Of a stretch of DNA of 54,025 nucleotides, positions 17,597 to 25,848 are shown piece by piece. The stretch spans positions 1-54,025 of the forward strand of contig SLOD01000086.1 in NCBI GenBank assembly GCA_007132725.1, written 5' to 3'. How positions within the stretch are numbered: the first letter of the stretch is position 1; the number at the start of each line of letters is the position of its first letter. Both the position numbers and the translations under genes were made by a program. The notes under the pieces were generated by a model. The model was not told where the DNA came from and did no database searches. It saw nothing but the letters and a program-made list of their open reading frames with translations. The DNA is from Candidatus Sumerlaeota bacterium (GTDB lineage Bacteria > UBP6 > UBA1177).

Positions 17597-19444
17597 ATGG
17601 AAAACAACAACCAGGGAAATGCAAAGCCAACAATTGACAAGGAATACCTAAAAAAGCTGGCCGAAAAAATAAAGGCGGAAAAAGCCCGAAAAGAAGCCAT
17701 GCAAAAAAAAACAGATTCATCTCCCACGCCACCGCCACCACCGTCTGCCTCTATTCCTCCCACACTGCTTGATGATGACGATGAAGACGAGGATATGGCA
17801 GATGAAAAAACTGCGATCATAGACCTTGCTGCTCTTTCCGGCCGTTCAGCCGATGCAAGACTTACCATTATGGACGGAAAAGATGAAGGGAAAAGTATTG
17901 AGATCACAAGAGATGAAATTTTTTCAGGAAGAGGTCTGGACAACGACTTTGTCATTACAGATCCTTCTGTATCAAGGAAACACTTTAAAATAGAAAGGGA
18001 AGATGACCATTTTTCTGTTTCCGACCTTGGCAGCGGAAACGGAACCAGAGTTAACGGAAGCAAAGTAACTAAAGCACCACTTTATCATAACGATGTTATC
18101 GTTGCCGGAGCAAGACAGATAAAGTTTGAAATACTTAACGAAGATATGCGTTCAAAATGGACAAGGGATGATGAGCCGGCTTTAGAAGAAAAAGTTGTTG
18201 TCACCAAAAAAAGGAGAACATCTCCTCTTGCATGGGCAGCCCTGTTCCTTATTATCGGAGGTGCTGCCGCATACGGCTATTTTAACTTTATTATGCCTTC
18301 CGAGACGATCAGAACCGCACCTGAAGGACCGTTCAGACTTGCAATTGAAGATATCGACATGATAGACGACCTTATTGAAAGTAAAAATCTTGATGCCGCA
18401 GAAAAAAATATAAAAAATTTCCTTAAAAAAGCTCCGGAACAAAGACAGCTTTTAGAAAGACTCGAAATCGTTGAAGCTGAAAAAATTGTTGCTGTGAAAT
18501 TCAATAAAGCAAAAGAGCTTTTTGAGCAGGGAAAAAAAGATGCTGCAGAGAAAATATTCAAAGAAATAGACGAAGAATCTATATTTTTTGCCGATATAAG
18601 AGACATTGTAGGGGAAGAAACTATAGCGAGATGGGATGTGGAAACAGTAAAATCCCTTGTTGAGGAGAAAAAAATAGACGAAGCTTTCGCAAAAATTCAC
18701 TCTATCCTTACAGAAAACCCTGACAATGAAGAAGTTAGAACCCTGCAGGAAGAATTACTGTCAAGAATCGGAGAGAAAAAAGCTGCAGAGATACAGAGGG
18801 AAGCAGAGGAAAAGAAAAAAGCTGCAGCCGCAGCAAGAGCTCAAAGGAGAGCGAGAGCAAAAGCTTCAGCTGCTCAAAGAAGACCCGCACCTAAAAAAGC
18901 TGCTCCTCCTGCACGGCCATCACCCCCTCCAGCACCTGCAACAGGCGGGGGTCAAAAGTATTTTAATCAGGCAGTTTCTCAATATCTGTCTAAGAACTTT
19001 GACGCAGCAATTGAGAGTCTTGACAGAGCCGCTAAAGATGAATCCATAGCTGACAGAGCCAATGAGGTGAAGCTTGATGTACAAAGGTTCAGAAGACAGT
19101 GGGCCAGAGTAAATGAAGCTGAAGGAAATAGAAGAGATGCTATAATAAGGCGACTGCTTGAATACGACAGAAATATTTCAGGTGGAAAAATGCAAAGAGA
19201 GATACAGCAACTTGCCCGCACTGCTCCATCACCACCGGAAAGAAAAGCCGCACCATCAAGACCTGCTGCCCCGTCACGACCTACACTTAGCGATGAGGAA
19301 GCAAAAACCCTCTATATGAGAGCAAGAAGCTTGAGACATGAAGACCCTCAACAAGCCAGAGAACTTTTCAGAAGAATTATTGATGGGACACATCCTTCCA
19401 GTGAGTATCATAAAAAATCAAAAGCACTTTTGAGACACCTCTGA
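17597..19444 (+). CDS. FHA-domain, single-TM, coiled-coil / Pro-rich envelope protein
   Basis: FHA signature 'GRGLDNDFVITDPSVSRKHFKI...SDLGSGNGTRVNG'. TM helix 'LAWAALFLIIGGAAAYGYFNFI'. Lys/Glu/Ala-rich helix and 'PAPKKAAPPARPSPPPAP'. AGGAG lies 8 nt before ATG 17597. An alternative start is at 17567. Confidence 0.8.
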   Translation: MENNNQGNAKPTIDKEYLKKLAEKIKAEKARKEAMQKKTDSSPTPPPPPSASIPPTLLDDDDEDEDMADEKTAIIDLAALSGRSADARLTIMDGKDEGKSIEITRDEIFSGRGLDNDFVITDPSVSRKHFKIEREDDHFSVSDLGSGNGTRVNGSKVTKAPLYHNDVIVAGARQIKFEILNEDMRSKWTRDDEPALEEKVVVTKKRRTSPLAWAALFLIIGGAAAYGYFNFIMPSETIRTAPEGPFRLAIEDIDMIDDLIESKNLDAAEKNIKNFLKKAPEQRQLLERLEIVEAEKIVAVKFNKAKELFEQGKKDAAEKIFKEIDEESIFFADIRDIVGEETIARWDVETVKSLVEEKKIDEAFAKIHSILTENPDNEEVRTLQEELLSRIGEKKAAEIQREAEEKKKAAAAARAQRRARAKASAAQRRPAPKKAAPPARPSPPPAPATGGGQKYFNQAVSQYLSKNFDAAIESLDRAAKDESIADRANEVKLDVQRFRRQWARVNEAEGNRRDAIIRRLLEYDRNISGGKMQREIQQLARTAPSPPERKAAPSRPAAPSRPTLSDEEAKTLYMRARSLRHEDPQQARELFRRIIDGTHPSSEYHKKSKALLRHL

Positions 19445-19532
19445 TAACTTTTTCTTTTGACTTTTTAGTTGTAAAATGGCATCCTTTTATTTGACAAAGG
19501 GGTTTATTGTCTGAACTTAAGGAGGTTAGACT

Positions 19533-19943
19533 ATGAAGGTTAAGCTGGTTTTATTATTTTTCATTGTTATCTTTTCATGTCCGCTTTTTGGTGCAGCAGC
19601 TTTTGCCGAAGCTCTTGACAGAGATGGCAACTCTATTACCTGGACTTTTTCTTTTGAAGAAGGGAACAATACGGCAAGAGTAAGGAACAATGCAATAGAG
19701 CAGTTAAAAAGTCAGGGGCATTCCAATGTAAGGGCAACACTTTCCACCACTCTAAACAAAGGCTACTACGCGGTTCTTTACACTGCTTTTATGCTTGACG
19801 GAGTATTAAGAAAAAGTTTTGCCTTCGGATTCAGTGCAAAATCAGAAGAAGATGCTCAAAATGTTGCTGTTAAAAACCTGAATAAAGTAAAAGGCTGGAC
19901 AGCAGAACGAGGATATACTGTCAACAAGATAGGGGCTTTTTAA
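19533..19943 (+). CDS. Small secreted protein of unknown function
   Basis: AAGGAGG Shine-Dalgarno and signal peptide 'LVLLFFIVIFSCPLFGAAAFA'. I recognised no family. Confidence 0.55.
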   Translation: MKVKLVLLFFIVIFSCPLFGAAAFAEALDRDGNSITWTFSFEEGNNTARVRNNAIEQLKSQGHSNVRATLSTTLNKGYYAVLYTAFMLDGVLRKSFAFGFSAKSEEDAQNVAVKNLNKVKGWTAERGYTVNKIGAF

Positions 19944-19969
19944 ATAGAAATTTAATCCAGGAGGGCAAC

Positions 19970-20248
19970 TTGAACAGAACACAATTGGCAAAAGAAATTG
20001 CAAAAAAAACAGGTTCTTCCCAAAAAGAAGCTTTGCAGTACATTGATATTATTATGGGATCCATTTCAGAAGCGATGGAAAAAGGAGAAAGAGTGGAGAT
20101 AAGGGGCTTTGGGAGCTTTACCGTTAAAAAATATGATTCCAGAAAAGGAGTTAATCCCAAAAGTGGTGAAAAAATAATGATTCCTGCAAAAAGACTCCCT
20201 TCTTTCAGGGCTGGCAAAGATCTTAAGGAAAAAATTAACAAAAACTGA
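19970..20248 (+). CDS. ihfB: Integration host factor beta-like (HU/IHF family) DNA-binding protein
   Basis: TTG start after AGGAGGG. 'GERVEIRGFGSFTVKK...GVNPKSGEKIMIPAKRLPSFRAGKDLKE' matches the IHF-beta arm pattern. Confidence 0.75.
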   Translation: MNRTQLAKEIAKKTGSSQKEALQYIDIIMGSISEAMEKGERVEIRGFGSFTVKKYDSRKGVNPKSGEKIMIPAKRLPSFRAGKDLKEKINKN

Positions 20249-20251
20249 TTT

Positions 20252-21184
20252 TTGCTTGTTGAGGGAAATCTTTTGAGTTCTTCTAAAGTTTATCTCTACG
20301 CCTTTATTTCCATGACATTCTGGGCACTTTCGTTTGTATGGTATAAAGAAGCATTTTTAAGCTACGGACCCGTTACTGTAGTTTTTTTCCGGATGGTAAT
20401 TTCTGTTTCAATTCTTTTTTTGATACTGCTCTTTACCGGCAAAAAAATATTGCCGGCAAAAAGCGACTTCAAATGGCTGTTTCTGATATCTTTTTTTGAA
20501 CCTTTCTGCTACTTCATGGGAGAAGGATACGGAATGCTGTATGTTTCTCCAACTACCGGAGCAATTATTATCTCAACAGTTCCTCTCCTTACTCCTGTAT
20601 TCCTTCTTTTTTTCGGAATTAAAGAAAAAATAAGTTTTGCAAATTTTTTTGGCATAGTGGTTTCTTTTATCGGCATTATATTTGTAGTTACAAGTGACGG
20701 AACTTCTCTTTCGGCATCCGGCAAAGGAGTGACACTTCTTTTCGTTGCGGTTGTAAGTGCAATCCTTTTTTCTATTGTTTTAAAAAAAATAGGAGCCAAG
20801 TATAACAGCATTGTAATTGTATTCTGGCAAAATCTTATGGCGATCTTTATGTTCCTTCCTTTTTTTATTGCTCTGGAGTTAAATTCTTTTATAAACTCAA
20901 CCCACGAAGCTGTATCCTATACTGCAATTCTAAAACTCGGGGCATTCCCCTCAACCATATCTTTTGTGCTTTTTATTCCTGTAGTTACCTATCTTGGTGC
21001 CGCAAAAGCAAACACATTCACAAATCTTATCCCTGTGGTTACCGCTATCTTTTCATTTCTCTTTTTCGGGGAGGAATTTGGAATAACTAAAGTTATCGGA
21101 ATTTTCGCCGTTATTACCGGCCTTTTTATTTCTCAAATAAAAATTACAAACAAAAAAATTGAGGGGGTACCTGTATATGAATAA
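20252..21184 (+). CDS. EamA/DMT-family transporter
   Basis: ~10 predicted TM helices in two EamA-like halves. Alternative TTG starts at 20252 and 20273. Confidence 0.65.
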   Translation: MLVEGNLLSSSKVYLYAFISMTFWALSFVWYKEAFLSYGPVTVVFFRMVISVSILFLILLFTGKKILPAKSDFKWLFLISFFEPFCYFMGEGYGMLYVSPTTGAIIISTVPLLTPVFLLFFGIKEKISFANFFGIVVSFIGIIFVVTSDGTSLSASGKGVTLLFVAVVSAILFSIVLKKIGAKYNSIVIVFWQNLMAIFMFLPFFIALELNSFINSTHEAVSYTAILKLGAFPSTISFVLFIPVVTYLGAAKANTFTNLIPVVTAIFSFLFFGEEFGITKVIGIFAVITGLFISQIKITNKKIEGVPVYE

Positions 21185-22337
21185 TTTCTGGCTTTCACTT
21201 TCAACTGATATCTATTTTGGAAAAGGACAGGTAAATGTTATTGGAAAACTTCTTAAAAAAGCCGGGGCAGAAAAAGTACTTCTTGCCTATGGTCACGGCA
21301 GTATCAAAAAAAATAATGTTTATCAAAATATCGTTAAAGAACTTGAGTCATATTCCATTTCTTTTATAGAGCTTTCAGGAATTGACCCCAATCCGAGGAT
21401 AACTACCGTTAGAAAGGGTGCTGAAATTTGCAAAAGCAACAATATAGATTTTATCATAGCTGCCGGAGCAGGCAGTGTCATTGACTGTTGCAAGGCAATT
21501 GCGGCAGCACGCTATTATAATGGAGACCCATGGGATTTTTTCACAAGAAAAGCTTCAATAAAAAAAGCATTGCCACTATGTGCTGTGCTGACTCTTGCCG
21601 CAACAGGAAGTGAAATGAACGGAGGAACTGTCATTACAAATGAAAAAACAAAGGAAAAACTTTCAACAGGAAGTTTGAAAATCAAACCCCGTTTCAGCAT
21701 ACTTGATCCAGCCTATACCTTTACTGTTCCCAAAGATCAGACAGCGGCAGGAATAGCAGACATAATGAGCCATGTTTTTGAACAGTATTTCAGCTATCCG
21801 GAATCAACTATTTTGGATCATTTGTCTGAGGCTGTACTTAAAACTGTTATTAAATATGGTCCGATCGCTATAGAAAAGCCTTATGATTATGAGGCTCGAT
21901 CCCAAATAATGTGGTCTGGGACAATTGCACTTAATGGACTGCTCGGTACAGGGAAAGATGGAGACTGGGCAACTCATTTAATAGAACACGAAATAAGTGC
22001 GAAATATGATATTACCCATGGTGTTGGGCTGGCAATTCTTACACCTCACTGGATGAGAAAAGTTCTTAATAACGATAATGTTGAACGGTTTGCTCAATAC
22101 GGACGAAATGTATGGGGAATAGAGAAAAAAGACCTCCTTGAAACAGCGGAAGAAGCCATTGATAAAACAGCTTATTTTTTTAAATCTATTGGAATACCCG
22201 ATAAACTTTCGAAACTTGGAATAGATGACTCCATGTTTGAAGAAATGGCTGAATCATGCTTAAAATACAATAAAATAGGAAGATTCAAAAATCTTGACCG
22301 TGACGACATAACAGAAATATACAGAAATAGTCTGTAG
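21177..22337 (+). CDS. Iron-containing (group III) alcohol dehydrogenase, BdhA/YqhD-like
   Basis: 'GAGSVIDCCKAIAAA' and the 'HLIEHEISAKYDITHGVGLAIL' metal-site histidines. ATG 21177 follows a GAGGGGG Shine-Dalgarno. The ORF is open to 21159. Confidence 0.8.
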   Translation: MNNFWLSLSTDIYFGKGQVNVIGKLLKKAGAEKVLLAYGHGSIKKNNVYQNIVKELESYSISFIELSGIDPNPRITTVRKGAEICKSNNIDFIIAAGAGSVIDCCKAIAAARYYNGDPWDFFTRKASIKKALPLCAVLTLAATGSEMNGGTVITNEKTKEKLSTGSLKIKPRFSILDPAYTFTVPKDQTAAGIADIMSHVFEQYFSYPESTILDHLSEAVLKTVIKYGPIAIEKPYDYEARSQIMWSGTIALNGLLGTGKDGDWATHLIEHEISAKYDITHGVGLAILTPHWMRKVLNNDNVERFAQYGRNVWGIEKKDLLETAEEAIDKTAYFFKSIGIPDKLSKLGIDDSMFEEMAESCLKYNKIGRFKNLDRDDITEIYRNSL

Positions 22338-22340
22338 CAA

Positions 22341-22823
22341 CTATTTACCACTAAGAAAACTGAGGCTTTTAATATTATATTTTGTTCCGTTTTGACGAAG
22401 TTTCTGCAAAGCTCTCATTTCAACTTGACGAATCCTCTCTCTTGTGAGATTCATTATAGCTCCAACCTCTTCCAATGTCACACCCCCTTTATCAGCAACA
22501 TCGAGAGCACATGTTTCCTTAAGCTCCCACACTTCTTTTCCCGGAAAATTGAATTTTATAGATTTGGTTTCGGGATTTACATCAAGAAAAAGGTGATATT
22601 TGCATGACACAAAAAGACACGGTCTTTTAAGTTTTAAACATTCTGACCTGGTTTTAGGTTTCTGGTAGCTGGTTATATCGATCAAGTCTTTGTAGATGGG
22701 ATCTTTTTCCAGCTCCCCCCTCTGATCATTAATTACTTCTGTGTAAGGCTTCACCTTCTTTTTAGACTTTTTAACCTTGGGGAACATCATTTCTTCTCCT
22801 GCCTTTTCATCTCTAAACTGCAT
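22341..22823 (-). CDS. Stand-alone sigma-70 region-4-like HTH protein with a Cys/His-containing N-terminal segment
   Basis: C-terminal '[29 protein letters not shown]' is a classic sigma region 4.2 HTH. No region 2 is present. Upstream motif '[17 protein letters not shown]'. Confidence 0.65.
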   Translation of the reverse strand: MQFRDEKAGEEMMFPKVKKSKKKVKPYTEVINDQRGELEKDPIYKDLIDITSYQKPKTRSECLKLKRPCLFVSCKYHLFLDVNPETKSIKFNFPGKEVWELKETCALDVADKGGVTLEEVGAIMNLTRERIRQVEMRALQKLRQNGTKYNIKSLSFLSGK

Positions 22824-23024
22824 GACACGCCGTGTAACTCTTGTTAATAAAGAAAATTACTGTTGCGATGTTATATATCAATTTGATTATGTCAAGCACC
22901 AAAATGACAAGTCAATGTATTTACTAAGCTTTTTTTTCAAGCGGGGTGCTGAATTTTTATCCCTGCGTTTAAATGTTGAGTCAAAATGAATAAAATAAAG
23001 GACAAAAAACATTTATGTTAATAA

Positions 23025-23052
23025 TTTACTTTAGCTTTCATTTGTGTATAAT
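23025..23052 (+). promoter_or_regulatory. Putative sigma-70 promoter for the lipoprotein gene
   Basis: TTTACT (23025-23030), 16-nt spacer, TATAAT (23047-23052). About 65 nt upstream of ATG 23119. Confidence 0.4.
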
Positions 23053-23118
23053 TACTCTTGTTATGTTTTGTTTCAAGACATTGTTGTTGACTTACAAATC
23101 TTAGATACGGGGGAAAAG

Positions 23119-23964
23119 ATGAAAAATGTCAGATGGTTACTAACAATTTTTATCGTCCTGGCTATTTCCTGTGGAACTGCAGACACTAAAAGTGAGAGCA
23201 GATCGTTAATTGAAAGAAAAATAGATATCATCAGAGAAGATAGCAAAGGAAGAGATGTCGCTGTACTTAGAGGCATCATTAATCTGAGGGAAGAACACGG
23301 AGATGATATGGCCCCGTTCATAAGAGATCAGTTTAAAAAAATAACCGGTAATTGGCAAAACCATTCTCTTGACCATTTTGCTGAATCTCCCAACAGAGAT
23401 CTCAAAATACCTTCTAATATCTCCCAAATACATCTGAGAAACAACTATCCCACCGGAAACACTGTTATTGCTCTTGCAAAAAATGGAAAGCTTTCAATTA
23501 TTGAAAATTTTGACTTTAATGCTGAGAAAAAATACGAAGTGGAGCCTGGCAACTACGATGTCTATATGATAATTGACAGAAATTTCAACGACAATATCTT
23601 TGTTTTTAAAACACAGCTTTCTCTTAAGGGGAGCGAGTTGTATCTTGGAGAGTTTACAATAAGCTCTCAGCTTAATAAATCGGGAAGTTGTGATCCGGGA
23701 GAAATACCTGACACTGATATGTGTATAAGACCTTTCTTTAAAATACTTGACAACTGCGGTCCCGGACAAAACCTTGTTGAGCATCTGTGCTGTCCTGACG
23801 GGTTCAACTTTATTATGCAGGGAAAATGTTCCAGATACAGCGATACCGTTGAAAGCGTTGTATGTCCTGCAGGGTATCATGAAGCAGGGAAAGGAAGATG
23901 CTGTCCCAAAGGTACTGTCCTTCTTGACAACAGATGTCAGGAGCCTCCGGAAAGTACGGAATAA
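23119..23964 (+). CDS. Probable lipoprotein with a Cys-rich C-terminal region, function unknown
   Basis: 'MKNVRWLLTIFIVLAISCGT' is a signal peptide plus lipobox directly after ATG 23119 (GGGGGAAAAG upstream). The last ~90 aa contain 12 Cys. The ORF-track start at 23044 would add a non-signal leader. Confidence 0.6.
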   Translation: MKNVRWLLTIFIVLAISCGTADTKSESRSLIERKIDIIREDSKGRDVAVLRGIINLREEHGDDMAPFIRDQFKKITGNWQNHSLDHFAESPNRDLKIPSNISQIHLRNNYPTGNTVIALAKNGKLSIIENFDFNAEKKYEVEPGNYDVYMIIDRNFNDNIFVFKTQLSLKGSELYLGEFTISSQLNKSGSCDPGEIPDTDMCIRPFFKILDNCGPGQNLVEHLCCPDGFNFIMQGKCSRYSDTVESVVCPAGYHEAGKGRCCPKGTVLLDNRCQEPPESTE

Positions 23965-24043
23965 AATGTATTAAACAAAAACTTAGCGGCATTTTACGCT
24001 TTTTGAAATATGAAGGAAAAATGAAGATTAAAATTGATGTTGT

Positions 24044-25102
24044 GTGAAAAAAATGGCCTACAGAAATAAAAAAAGAGATTTCAATAATAAAAGGACTCTG
24101 GTTCCCTTTATTCTTATTTCTTTGGCACTGCACACTTTGCTCTTTTTTCTTCAAATTGATATCACAGTAAAAGATTACCATGAAGACCTTATAAATATTC
24201 AATATTACGATCTGGATCAGGCAGAATCCGGAAAAATTGAAAAACCGGAGGTACTTGAGCCTGAAAAAGAAAAACTTCCTGAAGGACAAGTGGTTGATAT
24301 TGCAAAGCCTAAAGTAGAAAAAAAACCTGAAAAAAGCAAATTTCTATCCAAGTATGACAGCTCTGTAGATAAAGAAACAAAATCTGACTTCGACAAAAAC
24401 ATAGAAAAAAAAGGTGAAAAACTGCAACGGAAACTATCGGTGGAAGTTACAGGGATAGATACCAATGTTGATGATATTATTGTTTCCGGAGACATAGATA
24501 AACCTGCAGCGGATACACTTGAAAAAATTAAAAAAGGACATTTAAAAGGCTTTGACGGAGAAGACGGCAAACACATAAAGGGAGAAGAACGGGCGGAAAG
24601 CGGAATTTTAACTGGAAAAGACGAAAAACATGAAGAGGGTGCCCGTTATTTGGGAGGGAGAACTGTCCCACGAAGATTCCTTCCCTATATGCATGGCAGG
24701 GATTTTGACCTTATGTCTCCTTCTAACGACTATTTAAAAGATGTGGAAAAATCTGACAAAACAGCCCTTAACACCCACAAATACCTTTATTCAGCATACT
24801 TTAACACTATAAAGCAGGCTGTATCAAGACACTGGACACCTGCTCAGGTCCTTATGATAAATGACCCTAGAGGACATATATACGGAAGAAAAAACAGGTA
24901 TACAAAAATTATTGCTGTTATCAAATCTAACGGAGTTCTGGCTTCTATCAGAGTTGAAACATCTTCAGGAATGGACTTTCTTGATAGAGAGGCAGTCAAT
25001 GCTTTTAAAATGGCCTCCCCTTTCCGTAACCCTCCTGAACCTTTGCTTAATGATGAAGGCTTTATTGAAATTCATTTTGGCTTTATGGTTTCAATGGAAT
25101 GA
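24044..25102 (+). CDS. Bitopic TonB-C-terminal-domain-like protein with a Lys/Glu-rich linker
   Basis: N-terminal TM 'LVPFILISLALHTLLFFL', then a charged linker. The C-terminal ~90 aa ('IKQAVSRHWTP...IRVETSSGMDFLDREAVNAFKMASPFRNPP') resemble a TonB_C fold. The start could be GTG 24044 or ATG 24053. Confidence 0.55.
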   Translation: MKKMAYRNKKRDFNNKRTLVPFILISLALHTLLFFLQIDITVKDYHEDLINIQYYDLDQAESGKIEKPEVLEPEKEKLPEGQVVDIAKPKVEKKPEKSKFLSKYDSSVDKETKSDFDKNIEKKGEKLQRKLSVEVTGIDTNVDDIIVSGDIDKPAADTLEKIKKGHLKGFDGEDGKHIKGEERAESGILTGKDEKHEEGARYLGGRTVPRRFLPYMHGRDFDLMSPSNDYLKDVEKSDKTALNTHKYLYSAYFNTIKQAVSRHWTPAQVLMINDPRGHIYGRKNRYTKIIAVIKSNGVLASIRVETSSGMDFLDREAVNAFKMASPFRNPPEPLLNDEGFIEIHFGFMVSME

Positions 25103-25794
25103 ACAAAAACCCGGATAAAAAAAAAGCTATCGTTCTTTTCAGCGGAGGCCTTGACTCAACGACACTTCTTGTCTATGTGCTTGATCAAGGCTACAATGTA
25201 TGCCCGCTCACTTTTCTTTACGGACAAAAACACTCTGTTGAAGTTGAAAGATCAAAAAATATCCTTAAAAAATACGATCTTCTTCCTTCACAAATAACTT
25301 TCAATATTGATCTGTCATTTTTTAAAAACTGTTCTCTGATAAACACCCTTCTTGAAGTTCCGACAAGCAATAAAAATGAAATACCTTCAACCTATGTGCC
25401 ATCCAGAAACCTGATTTTTCTCTCGATTGCATCGGGTTTAGCAGAAACGATAAATGCGGAAAAAATATTTATAGGTGTAAACTCTGTTGACTACTCAGGT
25501 TATCCTGACTGCAGGAGAGAGTTTATAGATTCTTTCAATAAAACTTTGAATGCCGGGACCAAACAAGGGTTGAAAAACAAGCTTCATGTCGAAGCTCCTT
25601 TTACTGAAATGTCAAAAAAAGAGATCATTGAGCTTGGAGTAACACTTAATGTTGACTACAGCATGACACACAGTTGTTACAATCCTTCAAAAGAAGGTTC
25701 CGCCTGTGGAAATTGCGACAGTTGCAGACTGCGTCTTACGGGTTTTAAACAGGCAAATTTAAAAGACCCTCTTGATTATATTTCTAATTTGTGA
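25099..25794 (+). CDS. queC: 7-cyano-7-deazaguanine synthase
   Basis: 'AIVLFSGGLDSTT' PP-loop and C-terminal zinc cluster 'CYNPS...CGNCDSCRLR'. ATGA overlap with the preceding gene. Confidence 0.9.
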   Translation: MNKNPDKKKAIVLFSGGLDSTTLLVYVLDQGYNVCPLTFLYGQKHSVEVERSKNILKKYDLLPSQITFNIDLSFFKNCSLINTLLEVPTSNKNEIPSTYVPSRNLIFLSIASGLAETINAEKIFIGVNSVDYSGYPDCRREFIDSFNKTLNAGTKQGLKNKLHVEAPFTEMSKKEIIELGVTLNVDYSMTHSCYNPSKEGSACGNCDSCRLRLTGFKQANLKDPLDYISNL

Positions 25795-25848
25795 ATAATA
25801 TATTAGAGTGTTGTGTTGTTGAGAACGATAATTATTATTGAGGCCGAT

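Noticed and set aside
23044-23118. The ORF-track start at 23044 for the lipoprotein gene (MYNYSCYVLFQ...).
   Set aside because: It is a non-ATG start inside the predicted promoter (the TATAAT at 23047-23052). The signal peptide and lipobox begin exactly at ATG 23119, which has its own purine-rich Shine-Dalgarno.
25050-25110. I looked for a preQ1 riboswitch upstream of queC and for a T-box or leader upstream of glyQS (52214-52312).
   Set aside because: The queC start overlaps the preceding stop codon, so there is no leader at all. The glyQ leader is ~30 nt from the predicted transcription start, far too short for a T-box.
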